Shown: positions 11,174-20,992 of the stretch, piece by piece
How the letters are laid out: every line of letters begins with the position of its first letter
Position numbering within the stretch: the first letter of the stretch is position 1
Assembly: GCA_041499965.1 (NCBI GenBank)
Contig: JBGQLG010000008.1
Location: 6,360-70,359 of the forward strand
Reading direction: 5' to 3'
DNA: 64,000 bases
Source of the DNA: Candidatus Methylomirabilia bacterium
GTDB lineage: Bacteria > Methylomirabilota > Methylomirabilia > Rokubacteriales > CSP1-6
The notes under the pieces: generated by a model
Seen by the model: only the letters and a program-made list of their open reading frames with translations
Database searches by the model: none
What the model was told of the DNA's origin: nothing
Position numbers and translations under genes: made by a program

Positions 11174-11201
11174 CCGGAAGGGGGGCGAAGTCCCCCTCCG
11201 G
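11174..11201 (-). terminator. Hairpin directly after the stop of the rpoA-linked small gene
   Basis: CCGGAAGGGGG-CGAAGT-CCCCCTCCGG is an imperfect 10-bp stem 3 nt beyond the stop codon at 11204. Confidence 0.35.
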
Positions 11202-11203
11202 GT

Positions 11204-11569
11204 TCAGTCGCGACAGTTCGACCAGTCGAAGGTGAGGATGCGGACGCGGTAGGCGGCGGCGGCGGGGACGCGGGTCGTGAAGTAGTTGCGGTGGTTGGCG
11301 ATGACGGTGCCCATGACCCACGTCGTGGAGGAGCCGATCACGGCGCCGCCGGCGTCGAGGCGATCGATGACGAGGCGCATGCGGTCGACGGGGAGATCGC
11401 TGACGTTCTCGACGTAGCCGGCGATCTCGGGGCCCCGGGCGCCGGGTGTGGCCTGCCACTCCAGGCGGAAGTACCGCTGGAACGTGTCCTCGGCATGGAT
11501 GGGACCGGCCTGGCCGGCGGAGGGGACCAGCGCCAGGACGAACGCCGCGACGAGGAGGGGCCGCAGCAT
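11204..11569 (-). CDS. Hypothetical secreted protein (signal peptide), 121 aa
   Basis: N-terminal signal-like MLRPLLVAAFVLALVPSAGQAGP. The start lies 7 nt after the rpoA stop. No family was recognised. Confidence 0.55.
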   Translation of the reverse strand: MLRPLLVAAFVLALVPSAGQAGPIHAEDTFQRYFRLEWQATPGARGPEIAGYVENVSDLPVDRMRLVIDRLDAGGAVIGSSTTWVMGTVIANHRNYFTTRVPAAAAYRVRILTFDWSNCRD

Positions 11570-11576
11570 GGCGGGA

Positions 11577-12587
11577 CTACGTCTCGTAGGCCCGCTCGAA
11601 CTGCGAGCGCAGCCGCTCCAGCTCCTCGGCGTCCAGCCGCATGCCGAGCGACAGCCCCATCTCGCCGAGGATCGTCTTGATCTCGTTCAGCGACTTCTTG
11701 CCGAAGTTCTTGGTCTTCAGCAGCTCGGCCTCGGTCTTCTGCACGAGATCGGCGATGGTGCGGATGTTGGCCGTCTTCAGGCAGTTGGACGCGCGCACCG
11801 ACAGCTCGAGCTCGTCGACGTTGCGGAACAGGTTGTCGTTGAGCTCGGTGCGCGGGTGCGTCTCGTCGTGGTGCGTCTCTTCCTCCTCGGGCATCGCCTC
11901 GGGGAAATCGGTCAACAGATTGAAGTGATCCTGCAGGATGCGCGAGGCCTCGCCCACCGCGACGGCCGGCGTCACGCTCCCGTCGGTCCACACCTCGAGC
12001 ATCAGCCGCTCGGGCGGCTCCTGGCCGGCCGGCGCCGTCCCGATCGTCTCGACCTTGAAGTTGACGCGCTGGACCGGCGAGAAGTCCGCGTCGAGGAGGA
12101 TCGCGTTGATCGGCAGCGCCTCCGGCTCGCGCTTCTCGGCCGACACGTAGCCGCGCCCGCGCTCGATGCAGACCTCCATCTCGAGCGCGCCGTCCTTGTC
12201 GAGCGTAGTCAGCGGGACGTCCGGCGTGAGGATCTGCACGTCGGCATCCGGCTCGAAGTCACCGGCCTTCACCTGGCCCGCGCCCTGGCCCTTGAGCCGG
12301 AGGATCTTGGGCCGGTTCACGTGCAGCGCAAAGACGACCTTGCGCAGATTCATGATGATGTCGAGCGTGTCCTCGGTGATCCCCGGCATGTGCGAGAACT
12401 CGTGGAGCACGTTCTCGATCTTGACCCACGTCGGTGCGGCGCCGTGGATGGCCGACAGCAGCACGCGGCGATACGCGATGCCGACCGTCAGGGCGAACCC
12501 GGGCTCGAAGCTCTCGATCGCGAGCTTGCCGTAGGTTGCATCGGACGTGATCCACTCGTGGCGCGTGGGGAGCTGAAGCTCCAGCAT
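11577..12587 (-). CDS. rpoA: DNA-directed RNA polymerase subunit alpha
   Basis: 336 aa. The NTD ([26 protein letters not shown]) and CTD ([34 protein letters not shown]) are collinear with E. coli RpoA. A GAAGGGGG SD sequence precedes ATG 12587. Confidence 0.95.
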   Translation of the reverse strand: MLELQLPTRHEWITSDATYGKLAIESFEPGFALTVGIAYRRVLLSAIHGAAPTWVKIENVLHEFSHMPGITEDTLDIIMNLRKVVFALHVNRPKILRLKGQGAGQVKAGDFEPDADVQILTPDVPLTTLDKDGALEMEVCIERGRGYVSAEKREPEALPINAILLDADFSPVQRVNFKVETIGTAPAGQEPPERLMLEVWTDGSVTPAVAVGEASRILQDHFNLLTDFPEAMPEEEETHHDETHPRTELNDNLFRNVDELELSVRASNCLKTANIRTIADLVQKTEAELLKTKNFGKKSLNEIKTILGEMGLSLGMRLDAEELERLRSQFERAYET

Positions 12588-12671
12588 GAGACCCCCTTCA
12601 AAGGGTGCGAGGCCCACCGGGGAGCCTGCCGTATAACGGCGATATTCAAGGGCTACCGGCCCAGGCCCGAC

Positions 12672-12701
12672 AGTATACCAGACGGTGTCGCCACGCGTCA
12701 C
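12672..12701 (-). promoter_or_regulatory. Candidate rpoA promoter (GTGACG-N18-TGgTATACT, extended -10)
   Basis: By-eye match on the minus strand about 85 nt upstream of the rpoA ATG. Confidence 0.3.
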
Positions 12702-12743
12702 CGCTGGCCCCACCGCCTGCTCGGCCCCGCCCCCCTGCTCGGG

Positions 12744-12749
12744 TAGACT
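12744..12749 (+). promoter_or_regulatory. -10-like hexamer TAGACT 9 nt upstream of the mltG ATG
   Basis: The position implies a leaderless or near-leaderless mltG mRNA. No SD sequence is present. Confidence 0.25.
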
Positions 12750-12758
12750 CGATTTACG

Positions 12759-13778
12759 ATGCTGTGGCGCGGACTCGCTCTCCTGATGCTCCTCGGCCTC
12801 TCGGCGGCGACGGTCGTGACCTGGCTCGCCCTGAGCCCCACCCCCGCCGTACAGGCCGGCCCCCTGATGGTCGAGATCCCGGCCCACGAAGGGGTCCTCG
12901 GCATCGCCTCCCGCCTGGCCGACGCCGACGTCGTCCACAGCCGTTTCGCGTTCCTGGTCTTCACCGCCGGCCGCGGGCGCGTCCGCACCCTGAAGGCCGG
13001 CGAGTATGAGATCCCCCGGGACGCCTCCACCCTGGACGTCGTCGACCTGCTGGCCAGCGGCCGCGTGCGCCAGCACATGGTCCTGCATCCCGAGGGCGCC
13101 ACGGTCGCCGAGCTGGCCCGGACGCTGGAGGCCGAGCGCCTGGCCCAGGCCGAGGACGTCATCCGGGCGGCCAGCGACGAGCAGCTGCGGCGCGCCCTCG
13201 ACGTGCCGGGGCCCAGCCTGGAGGGCTACCTGTTCCCGGACACCTACCAGTTCGTGCGCGGGATGTCGCCCCAGGAGATGCTCACGCGCATGGTGCAACG
13301 GATGCGCGCCAAGCTCCCCCCCGAGCTGGTGGCCCGAGCCAAGGCGCGCGACCTCGACGTGCACCAGCTCCTCACCCTGGCGTCCATCATCGAGCGCGAG
13401 GCGGTGGACCCCGAGGAGCAGCGGCTCATTTCCGCGGTCTTCTGGAACCGGCTGCACGCCGACATGCCCCTGCAGGCGGATCCTACGGTCCAGTACGCCA
13501 TGGCCAAGGAGCGGCGCACGCTCACGCGGGCCGACCTGGCGACCGATCACCCGTACAACACGTACGTGCGGCGCGGGCTGCCGCCCGGTCCCATCGCGAG
13601 CCCTGGACTGCCGGCGATCGAGGCCGCGCTCGATCCGGCGCCCGTCAAGTACCTGTACTTCGTCGCCCGCGACGACCGTCGCCACCACTTCTCGACGACG
13701 GTCAACGAGCACAACGCCGCGGTCGCGCGCTATCGGCAGTCACGGCTGAACAGCTCGGGCGCGACCTCCCCGCAATAG
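12759..13778 (+). CDS. mltG: Endolytic murein transglycosylase MltG (YceG-like)
   Basis: N-terminal TM anchor plus YceG motifs [47 protein letters not shown]. Confidence 0.9.
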   Translation: MLWRGLALLMLLGLSAATVVTWLALSPTPAVQAGPLMVEIPAHEGVLGIASRLADADVVHSRFAFLVFTAGRGRVRTLKAGEYEIPRDASTLDVVDLLASGRVRQHMVLHPEGATVAELARTLEAERLAQAEDVIRAASDEQLRRALDVPGPSLEGYLFPDTYQFVRGMSPQEMLTRMVQRMRAKLPPELVARAKARDLDVHQLLTLASIIEREAVDPEEQRLISAVFWNRLHADMPLQADPTVQYAMAKERRTLTRADLATDHPYNTYVRRGLPPGPIASPGLPAIEAALDPAPVKYLYFVARDDRRHHFSTTVNEHNAAVARYRQSRLNSSGATSPQ

Positions 13779-13799
13779 CCCGCCTGTCGCGGTCGATCG

Positions 13800-13823
13800 C
13801 CGGGCGCGCCCGCGCGCGCCCGG
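13800..13823 (+). terminator. GC-rich hairpin after mltG
   Basis: CCGGGCGCGC-CCGC-GCGCGCCCGG forms a 10-bp stem 22 nt after the mltG stop. There is no U-tract. Confidence 0.3.
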
Positions 13824-13844
13824 GTCGCGTAGCCGTCACCCCCG

Positions 13845-13853
13845 TGCTATAAG
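13845..13853 (+). promoter_or_regulatory. Extended -10 element (TGcTATAAG) for plsC
   Basis: Ends 10 nt before the plsC ATG (13864). No SD sequence is present. Confidence 0.3.
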
Positions 13854-13863
13854 AACCGGCGTC

Positions 13864-14532
13864 ATGTCGCGCTCGACGGCCCTGTCTCCCAGAACCGGCG
13901 TGGCCGGCGCGGCAACGCCGTTTCCTTTCGTCTACCAGGCGCTGCGGCGGCCGGCGCGGGCGGCGCTCGATCGATGGTTCGGCCTGCGGATCGAGGGGCT
14001 CGAGCACCTGCCGGCTCACGGTCCGTTCATCGTTGCCGCCAATCACCACAACTACCTGGACGGCATCGTGCTGGCGGTGGCGCTGCCGCGGCCCGTGGCG
14101 TTCCTCGTCATGCCGCGGGTGTGGCGGGCGACCCCGCTGCACCCGCTGCTGCACCGGCAGATCGGCTCGATCATGCTCAAGCTCGAACGGCCCGACGTCG
14201 GGGCCCTGCGCCGCGCCCTGGGCGCGCTCGAGCAGGGGCGCGTCGTCGGGATCTTCCCCGAGGGGCCGTTCAGCGTCCGCGGCCGGCTCGAGCGCGGGCT
14301 GCCCGGCGTCGGGCTGCTGGCGCTGCGGGCCGGCGTGCCGGTGGTGCCGGCCGGGATCAGCGGCACCTACGAGGCGCTCGTCGGCCGCCGCGGCTACATC
14401 CCGCGGCCCCATCCCCTGGCCGTGCGCTTCGGTCCGCCCCGCCACGTCGCCCACGACGCCGGGCACGGCCGGCTGGCGCGCGGCCACATGACACAGCGGA
14501 TCATGGACGACATCGCGGCGTTGCTGCCATGA
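13864..14532 (+). CDS. plsC: 1-acyl-sn-glycerol-3-phosphate acyltransferase family protein
   Basis: HX4D motif NHHNYLDG, a FPEG motif, and PVVPAGISG. Confidence 0.85.
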   Translation: MSRSTALSPRTGVAGAATPFPFVYQALRRPARAALDRWFGLRIEGLEHLPAHGPFIVAANHHNYLDGIVLAVALPRPVAFLVMPRVWRATPLHPLLHRQIGSIMLKLERPDVGALRRALGALEQGRVVGIFPEGPFSVRGRLERGLPGVGLLALRAGVPVVPAGISGTYEALVGRRGYIPRPHPLAVRFGPPRHVAHDAGHGRLARGHMTQRIMDDIAALLP

Positions 14533-15917
14533 GCACGCCGGACAAGTCGCTCGCGCGCGCGCGGCTGGGTGCCTCGGCCGACCCGACGGCCGCCCACTTC
14601 ACCGGCTCGCTCGCCTTCGACCGGCGGCTGTGGCCGCACGACATCGCCGGCAGCATGGCCTGGACGCGCGCGCTCGGCCGGGCCGGACTGCTCACCGACG
14701 CCGAGCGCGACCGGATCGTGGCCGGGCTGGCCGCCGTGCGCGGCGAGCTCGAGGCCGGCACCTTCCCGTTCCGCCCCGAGCTCGAGGACATCCACATGAA
14801 TGTGGAGCGCCGGCTGCTGGAGCTGGTCGGCGAGGTCGGCGGCAAGCTGCACACCGGGCGCTCGCGCAACGACCAGATCGCGCTCGACGAGCGGCTCTAC
14901 CTCAGGGACGTCACCGCCGGCACCGGCGAGGCCCTGCGCGGCGTGCAGCAGGCGCTGGTGGCGCGGGCGGCCGAGCACGTGGACGCGCCGATGCCCGGCT
15001 ACACGCACATGCAGCGCGCCCAGCCCATCGTGCTGGCCCACCACCTGCTGGCCTACGTCTTCATGCTGCAGCGCGACCGCGACCGCTTCGCGACGTGCGC
15101 GCTCCGGGCCGACGTGATGCCGCTGGGCGCCGCCGCCCTGGCCGGCGCGGCCTTCCCGATCGACCAGGAAGCGCTGGCCCGCGATCTCGGCTTCGCGGCC
15201 GTGGCACCCAACAGCCTGGATGCGGTCAGTGATCGGGACTACGTGCTCGACTACCTCGCCGCCGCGGCCATCACCGGCATGCATCTGTCGCGGCTGGCCG
15301 CCGACCTCACCCTGTGGGCCACGGCCGAGTTCGGCTTCGTCGAGTTCGACGACGCGTTCGCCACCGGCTCGTCGATCATGCCGCAGAAGAAGAACCCCGA
15401 CGTGGCCGAGCTGATCCGCGGCAAGAGCGGGCGACTGTACGGCAACCTCATGGCGGTGCTCACCCTCATGAAGGGGCTGCCGCTGGCCTACAACTCCGAC
15501 ATGCAGGAGGACAAGGAGGCGTTCTTCGACTCCGTCGACACGCTCGAGGCCATCGGGGGCGTGCTCCCGCCCATGCTCGCCTCGCTCACCTTCCGCACCG
15601 ACCGCATGCGCGCCGCCGCCGGTGAGAACTTCGCGACCGCGACCGATCTCGCCGACTACCTGGTCCGCCAGGGGCTGCCCTTCCGCGAGGGCCACGAGAT
15701 CGTGGGCAAGGTCGTCCGCTACGCGCTCGAGCGCGGCGTCACGCTCGAGCAGCTCAGCCTGGACGAGCTGCGCCGCTTCTCTGATCGCATCGACGCCGAC
15801 GTCCACCAGGCGCTCACCGTCGAGGCCTCGCTGCGCGCCCGCGCCGTGATCGGCGGCACTGCGCCCGAGGCGGTACGGCGGGCCCTGGCGCAGGCGCGCG
15901 AGCTGATCGGCGCATGA
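14529..15917 (+). CDS. argH: Argininosuccinate lyase
   Basis: ATGA overlap with plsC. Carries HTGRSRNDQ and the fumarate-lyase signature [12 protein letters not shown]. 462 aa. Confidence 0.95.
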   Translation: MSTPDKSLARARLGASADPTAAHFTGSLAFDRRLWPHDIAGSMAWTRALGRAGLLTDAERDRIVAGLAAVRGELEAGTFPFRPELEDIHMNVERRLLELVGEVGGKLHTGRSRNDQIALDERLYLRDVTAGTGEALRGVQQALVARAAEHVDAPMPGYTHMQRAQPIVLAHHLLAYVFMLQRDRDRFATCALRADVMPLGAAALAGAAFPIDQEALARDLGFAAVAPNSLDAVSDRDYVLDYLAAAAITGMHLSRLAADLTLWATAEFGFVEFDDAFATGSSIMPQKKNPDVAELIRGKSGRLYGNLMAVLTLMKGLPLAYNSDMQEDKEAFFDSVDTLEAIGGVLPPMLASLTFRTDRMRAAAGENFATATDLADYLVRQGLPFREGHEIVGKVVRYALERGVTLEQLSLDELRRFSDRIDADVHQALTVEASLRARAVIGGTAPEAVRRALAQARELIGA

Positions 15918-17002
15918 GCCGCGGCCGCCGCCGCGCGCTGGCGCCGCTGCTGGCGGCGGCGCTGGTGCTGGTGGCGCTGGGGGCCTGCGGCCGCAAGGGC
16001 CCCCCCGTCGCGCCGGAGCGCCGCGTGCCCCAGCCGGTGGCCGACCTGCGCGGCCTCGTGCGCCAGGGCGCCGTGGAGCTGACGTGGTCGGTGCCGCGCC
16101 GCCGCGTCGACAATTCCCGGCTCGTCGATCCCGGCCTGGCGCGCGTGTTCCGCGCCGACGACGCCGGCCAGGGCGATCCCAAGCCCGCCCTGCTCCTCGA
16201 CGACCGCGTCGCCGGCTACGCCGAGGTGGGCACGGTGCAGCTCTCGGAGCCGCCCTCGCCGCTCGTGCAGAGTGGCCGCATCCTGTTCACCGACCGGCTC
16301 GGCCTCGCTCTCGGCCGCCGCTACACCTACGTGGTCCTGACCGCCGACGCCCAGGGCCGCACCAGCCCGCCGTCGGCGCGGCTCACGCTGACGTTCGTGG
16401 CCGGGCCCGAGCCGCCCGGCGGCCTGCGCGCGGAGGTCGGCGAGCGGCAGGTCCGTCTGAGCTGGCAGCCACCGGCGCGGTTCGCCGACGGCACACCCGT
16501 CACCGACCCGCTCGTGTACGAGATCCTGCGCGCACCGTCCGCCGAGGCGCCGCTGGCGCCGATCGCCCGCACCGCCCCCGGCGTCACGTCGGCGACCGAC
16601 CGCGGCCTCGAGAACGATCGCCCGTACTTCTACGCGGTGCGCGCGATCCGCGCGGCGGGCGCCACGACGGCCGAGGGCGAGACGACGGCGCGGATCACGG
16701 CGACAGCGATCGACGTGACACCGCCGGCGCCGCCCACCGACCTGGTGGCCATCCCCTCGGCGCACGAGGTGCGCCTGTCGTGGACGCCCGGCCCCGAGGC
16801 CGACCTGGGCGGCTACATCATCTACCGCGCCCAGGGCTCCGGCCTGTTCATGCGAGTGGGCTCGGTCCGGGCCCCGGCCAGCACGTTCACCGATCGCGAC
16901 CTGGCGCCCGGGAACTACCGGTACGCGGTGAGCGCCCAGGACACCAGCGCGCGGGCCAACGAGAGCGGACGCTCCAACGAGGCGAGCGTCACCGTCCCCT
17001 GA
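15914..17002 (+). CDS. Lipoprotein with LptM/YifL-like lipobox segment and fibronectin-III-like repeats
   Basis: ATGA overlap with argH. The lipobox is LGAC followed by GRKGPPVAP. The remainder is beta-rich with repeated L(S/T)W..P / YRV-type FN3-like segments. Confidence 0.65.
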   Translation: MSRGRRRALAPLLAAALVLVALGACGRKGPPVAPERRVPQPVADLRGLVRQGAVELTWSVPRRRVDNSRLVDPGLARVFRADDAGQGDPKPALLLDDRVAGYAEVGTVQLSEPPSPLVQSGRILFTDRLGLALGRRYTYVVLTADAQGRTSPPSARLTLTFVAGPEPPGGLRAEVGERQVRLSWQPPARFADGTPVTDPLVYEILRAPSAEAPLAPIARTAPGVTSATDRGLENDRPYFYAVRAIRAAGATTAEGETTARITATAIDVTPPAPPTDLVAIPSAHEVRLSWTPGPEADLGGYIIYRAQGSGLFMRVGSVRAPASTFTDRDLAPGNYRYAVSAQDTSARANESGRSNEASVTVP

Positions 17003-17080
17003 GGCGGCCCGCGCCTTGACTTCACACGCAAAAAAGGCAACGATCACCCTCACGTGAGCGCCGCCGGGGGGACGAGAGCT

Positions 17081-17971
17081 ATGAGCCAGACGACGTTTTC
17101 GGGTTCGTTCGTCGCGTTGGTCACCCCGTTCCGCAATGGACGCGTCGACGAGGCGACGTTGCGGGAACTGGTCGAGTTCCAGATCACTCACGGCACCGAC
17201 GGCCTGATCCCGTGCGGGACGACCGGCGAGTCGCCGACGCTCAACCACGACGAGCACAAGCGCGTCGTCGAGATCGTCGTCGAGGCGGCGCGCCAGCGCG
17301 TGCACGTCGTCGCCGGGACCGGCTCGAACTCCACCGCCGAGGCGATCGATCTGACGAAGCACGCCGAGCGGGCGGGCGCCAGCGGCGCGCTGGTGGTCAA
17401 TCCGTACTACAACAAGCCGACCCAGGAAGGTCTCTACCAGCACTACCGGGCGGTCGCCGACGCGGTATCGATTCCGATCATCACGTACAACATCGCGAGC
17501 CGCACCGCCGTCAACGTGGAGACCGCCACGATGGCGCGGCTGGCCCGTGACTGCAAGAACATCGTCGGCGTCAAGGAAGCCTCGGGCAGCCTCGACCAGA
17601 TGAGCCAGGTCATCGCCGCCTGCGGGCCGAGCTTCTGCGTGCTGTCGGGTGACGACAACATCACGCTGGCGCTTCTGGCCATCGGCGGCCACGGCGTCGT
17701 CTCCGTCATCGCCAACATCGTGCCGCGGGAGACGGCCGACATGGTCCACGCCGCCCTCGACGGCGACTTCAAGCGCGCGCGGGAGCTGCACTACCGGCTC
17801 TTCCCACTGGCCCGGGCGGCCTTCCTCGAGACCAACCCGATCCCGATCAAGGAAGCCATGGCCATGGCCGGCATGCTCGAGCCCGAGTTCCGGCTGCCGA
17901 TGTGCCGGATGAGCGAGGCCAACCGCGAGACGCTGCGCGGGATCCTCCGGCAGTACGCGCTCGTCACATAA
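17081..17971 (+). CDS. dapA: 4-hydroxy-tetrahydrodipicolinate synthase
   Basis: Motifs ALVTPF, CGTTGES and GVKEASG. ATG 17081 has a GGGGGGA SD sequence about 9 nt upstream. Confidence 0.95.
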   Translation: MSQTTFSGSFVALVTPFRNGRVDEATLRELVEFQITHGTDGLIPCGTTGESPTLNHDEHKRVVEIVVEAARQRVHVVAGTGSNSTAEAIDLTKHAERAGASGALVVNPYYNKPTQEGLYQHYRAVADAVSIPIITYNIASRTAVNVETATMARLARDCKNIVGVKEASGSLDQMSQVIAACGPSFCVLSGDDNITLALLAIGGHGVVSVIANIVPRETADMVHAALDGDFKRARELHYRLFPLARAAFLETNPIPIKEAMAMAGMLEPEFRLPMCRMSEANRETLRGILRQYALVT

Positions 17972-17984
17972 CCGAGATCCGACC

Positions 17985-18830
17985 GTGACCGCCACCGCAC
18001 CGCCCGCCGGGCGTCCCGACGCCCGCGCGGTGGCCCTCGTCGTCGCCGGCGCCGCCGGCCGGATGGGCACCCGCATCGTCGCCCTCGCGCGCGCGACCCC
18101 CGAGGTCCGCGTCGTCGCCGCGCTCGAGGCGGCCGGCCACCGCGCCCTCGGCGCCGACGCCGGCGAGCTGGCCGGCATCGGCCCCGCCGGCGTGGTGCTG
18201 GGCAGTGACGCGGCCGCCGCCATCACCGCCGACCGCGTGCTGGTGGAGTTCTCCATCCCGGAGGCCTCGCTCGAGCACCTGCGGCTGGTCGCCGCCGCCG
18301 GAGCCCGGGCGGTGATCGGCACCACCGGCTTCTCGGCGGCCCAGCGCGCCGAGATCGCCACGCTGGCCCGCCGCGCGGCCATCATGCAGGCGCCCAACAT
18401 GTCGGTCGCGGTCACGCTGGCCTTCAAGCTGCTGCCGATCATGGCCCGGGCGCTGGGCGACGACTACGACGTCGAGATCACCGAGACCCACCATCGCTTC
18501 AAGAAGGATGCGCCGAGCGGTACCGCCGTGCGCATGGCCGAGCTGGTGGCCGAGGCCCTCGGCCGCGACCTCGAGCAGGTCGGCGTGTACGGCCGCCAGG
18601 GGCTGCCGGGCGAGCGCACCGGCCAGGAGATCGGGGTGATGTCGCTGCGCTCGGGCGACGTCGTCGGTGAGCACACGGTGTCGTTCGGCAGCCTGGGCGA
18701 GCGCCTGGAGCTCACGCATCGCGCCCACAGTCGCGACACGTTCGCGCGCGGGGCGCTGCGGGCCGCCCGCTGGATCGTCGGGCAGCCACCCGGCCTGTAC
18801 TCGATGGCCGACGTGCTGGGGCTCGCCTGA
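17985..18830 (+). CDS. dapB: 4-hydroxy-tetrahydrodipicolinate reductase
   Basis: Motifs GAAGRMG and ETHHRFKKDAPSGTA. Confidence 0.95.
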   Translation: MTATAPPAGRPDARAVALVVAGAAGRMGTRIVALARATPEVRVVAALEAAGHRALGADAGELAGIGPAGVVLGSDAAAAITADRVLVEFSIPEASLEHLRLVAAAGARAVIGTTGFSAAQRAEIATLARRAAIMQAPNMSVAVTLAFKLLPIMARALGDDYDVEITETHHRFKKDAPSGTAVRMAELVAEALGRDLEQVGVYGRQGLPGERTGQEIGVMSLRSGDVVGEHTVSFGSLGERLELTHRAHSRDTFARGALRAARWIVGQPPGLYSMADVLGLA

Positions 18831-18833
18831 GTC

Positions 18834-19569
18834 GTGCAGATCGTGCGCTTTCGAGGACCAGACGCGCTACGGCGTCCTCGACGGGGCCACGGTGATCGAG
18901 TACGCCGGCACGCCGTGGACGCGCTTCCAGCGCGGGCGGCGCCGCTTCGCGCTGCGCCAGGTCGTGCTGCTGGCGCCGGTCCTGCCCTCCAAGATCGTCG
19001 GCGTCGGCCGCCCCACCCGCGAGCCGGCGCGGCGCGACGACGCGCGGGTGTTCTTCAAGCCGATCAGCGCCCTGGTCGGGCCCGACGATCCGATCGTCGC
19101 CCCCGCCGCCAGCCGGCACCTCGAGTGCGAGGCGGCGCTGGGGGCGGTGATCAAGCGCCGCTGCCGCAACGTGCTGGCCGCGCGGGCGCGTGAGTACGTG
19201 CTGGGCTACGCCGGGCTCAACGACGTCGTCGCGCGCGACATCCAGACGCGCGACGGCGACTGGACGCGCGCCAAGGCCTTCGACACCTTCTGTCCGATGG
19301 GACCGTGCATCACCACCGACCTCGATCCCAACACGGCCACGATCGAGACGTGGGTGAACGGCATGCTGCGCGCGACCGGCTCGACCAGGGAGCTGGGCTA
19401 CGGCATGGAGGACGTCCTGGCCCGCGTCTCCGAGGTGATGACGCTGCTGCCCGGCGACGTGGTGGCCACCGGCGCGCCCGGCGTCTCGGGCCCGGTGGAC
19501 GCGGGCGACCGGGTGGAGATCCGCATCGCCGGCGGCGGCTGCCTCAAGAACCTGGTGGTGCGCCTGTGA
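18834..19569 (+). CDS. Fumarylacetoacetate hydrolase (FAH) family protein with an apparent frameshift in codons 6-7
   Basis: GTG-QIVRF is read in one frame. EDQTRYGVLDGATV...ECEAALGAVIK...NDVVARDIQ...FDTFCPMGP...LLPGDVVATGAPGV continues in the +1 frame through 19569. In-frame restarts exist at GTG 18892 and 18964. Confidence 0.6.
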
Positions 19570-19928
19570 CGACCGACCGGCTGCTGCTCGAGGACGTGCG
19601 CTTCTACGGCCACCACGGCGTGAGCAAGGCCGAGCAGACGGTCGGCGTGTGGTTCTCGGTCGACGCCGAGCTGGCCGTGGACCTGGCTCCGGCCGCCGTC
19701 TCCGACGACCTCGCCGCCGCCGTGGACTACGGCGCGGTGGCCCGCCGCATCGTCGAGATCGGGACGGAGGGCCGCGTGAACCTCATCGAGCGGCTGGCCG
19801 GGCTTATCGCCCAGGCGCTGCTCCGCGAGTTCCCGACCCACCAGGTCCGCGTGCGGGTGCGCAAGCTGACGCCACCGCTCCAGGGGCTGGTCGGCACGCC
19901 GTCGGTCGAGCTGGTGCGGACGCGCTGA
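19566..19928 (+). CDS. folB: Dihydroneopterin aldolase
   Basis: GTGA overlap. 120 aa with FYGHHGVSKAEQ and AVDYG motifs. It lies directly upstream of folK. Confidence 0.8.
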   Translation: MTTDRLLLEDVRFYGHHGVSKAEQTVGVWFSVDAELAVDLAPAAVSDDLAAAVDYGAVARRIVEIGTEGRVNLIERLAGLIAQALLREFPTHQVRVRVRKLTPPLQGLVGTPSVELVRTR

Positions 19929-20476
19929 TGGCCCAGGTCTACCTCTCGCTCGGCTCGAATCTCGGCGACCGCCTGGCGCTGTTGCGCGCCGCCGTCGAGC
20001 GCCTGCAGGCCGCCGGCCTGGCGCTGGTGGCCGCCTCGCCCCTGTACGAATCGGAGCCGTGGGAGGTCGAGCCGGGCCGGACGGAGCGCGAGCGGCCGTG
20101 GTATCTCAACTGCGTCGTCGCCGTCGAGACGACGCTGCCGCCGCGCACGCTGCTGCAGCGACTGCAGGCGATCGAGGGCGCGCTCGGCCGCACACGCGCG
20201 CTCGCCCAGACGCCCGAGGCGCGGCGGTTCGAGCCGCGCACGCTGGACATCGACATCCTGTTCTACGAGGACCAGGTGATCAGCGTCCCCGACGACCTGC
20301 ACATCCCGCACCTGCTCGCCGCCGAGCGCGCGTTCGTGCTCCGCCCGCTGGCCGACATCGCGCCCGATCTCACCCACCCCACGCTCTATCGGCCCGTACG
20401 CGAGCTGCTGGAGGCCCTCGCCGACGAGCACGAGGTGCGGCGGGGCGCCTACCCGGCGCGCTGGCTCGAGGGCTGA
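19928..20476 (+). CDS. folK: 2-amino-4-hydroxy-6-hydroxymethyldihydropteridine diphosphokinase
   Basis: Motifs YLSLGSNLGDR, RTLDIDIL, LHIPH and FVLRPL. Confidence 0.9.
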   Translation: MAQVYLSLGSNLGDRLALLRAAVERLQAAGLALVAASPLYESEPWEVEPGRTERERPWYLNCVVAVETTLPPRTLLQRLQAIEGALGRTRALAQTPEARRFEPRTLDIDILFYEDQVISVPDDLHIPHLLAAERAFVLRPLADIAPDLTHPTLYRPVRELLEALADEHEVRRGAYPARWLEG

Positions 20477-20479
20477 GGG

Positions 20480-20992
20480 ATGGCCGATCTCGAGTTCGAG
20501 CGCCAGGCCCTCGCGCACATCGACGCGCTCTACAACTTCGCCATGTACCTGACCAAGCGGCCCCCCGATGCCGACGACCTGGTCCAGGAGACCTATCTCC
20601 GGGCGTTCCGGTTCTCCCATCGGTTCCAGCCGGGAACCCATCTCCGAGCCTGGTTGTTTCAGATCCTGAGAAACACGTTCCTGACGTTCTATCGGGTCCG
20701 CGAGCGGGAGTCGCCGATCGCCGAGGACGGCGTCCCCGAGTGGGACGTCCCGATGTTCCATCACGCCCCGGAGAACGACGGGACCGCGATGGAAGCCCAC
20801 ACCGATCTCGAGCGGGCCATGCGCCACCTGCCGGAGGAGTTCCGCACGGTGCTCCTGCTCGCCGAGGTCGAGGGCCTCCCCTTGGAGGAGGTAGCCCGGG
20901 TGATGGCCTGCCCGGTCGGTACGGTGAAGTCGCGGATCTTTCGGGCCAAGGAACGGTTGCGCGGCCTCCTCCGCGACTACGAGACCAAATGA
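20480..20992 (+). CDS. ECF-type RNA polymerase sigma factor
   Basis: Region 2 (DLVQETYLRAFR) and the region 4 HTH (LEEVARVMACPVGTVKSRIFRAKERL). 170 aa. Confidence 0.9.
   Translation: MADLEFERQALAHIDALYNFAMYLTKRPPDADDLVQETYLRAFRFSHRFQPGTHLRAWLFQILRNTFLTFYRVRERESPIAEDGVPEWDVPMFHHAPENDGTAMEAHTDLERAMRHLPEEFRTVLLLAEVEGLPLEEVARVMACPVGTVKSRIFRAKERLRGLLRDYETK

Noticed and set aside
10636-11680. ORFs 10636..11010 (-), 10931..11680 (+) and 10968..11252 (+) in the dapL-rpoA spacer.
   Set aside because: They have no motifs, are Arg/Pro-rich, and overlap palindromic repeats and the real minus-strand small gene. They are better explained as non-coding.
15719-18442. 907-aa minus-strand ORF spanning argH, the lipoprotein gene, dapA and dapB.
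   Set aside because: It is antisense to four genes with unambiguous family motifs, and its composition is a GC artefact.
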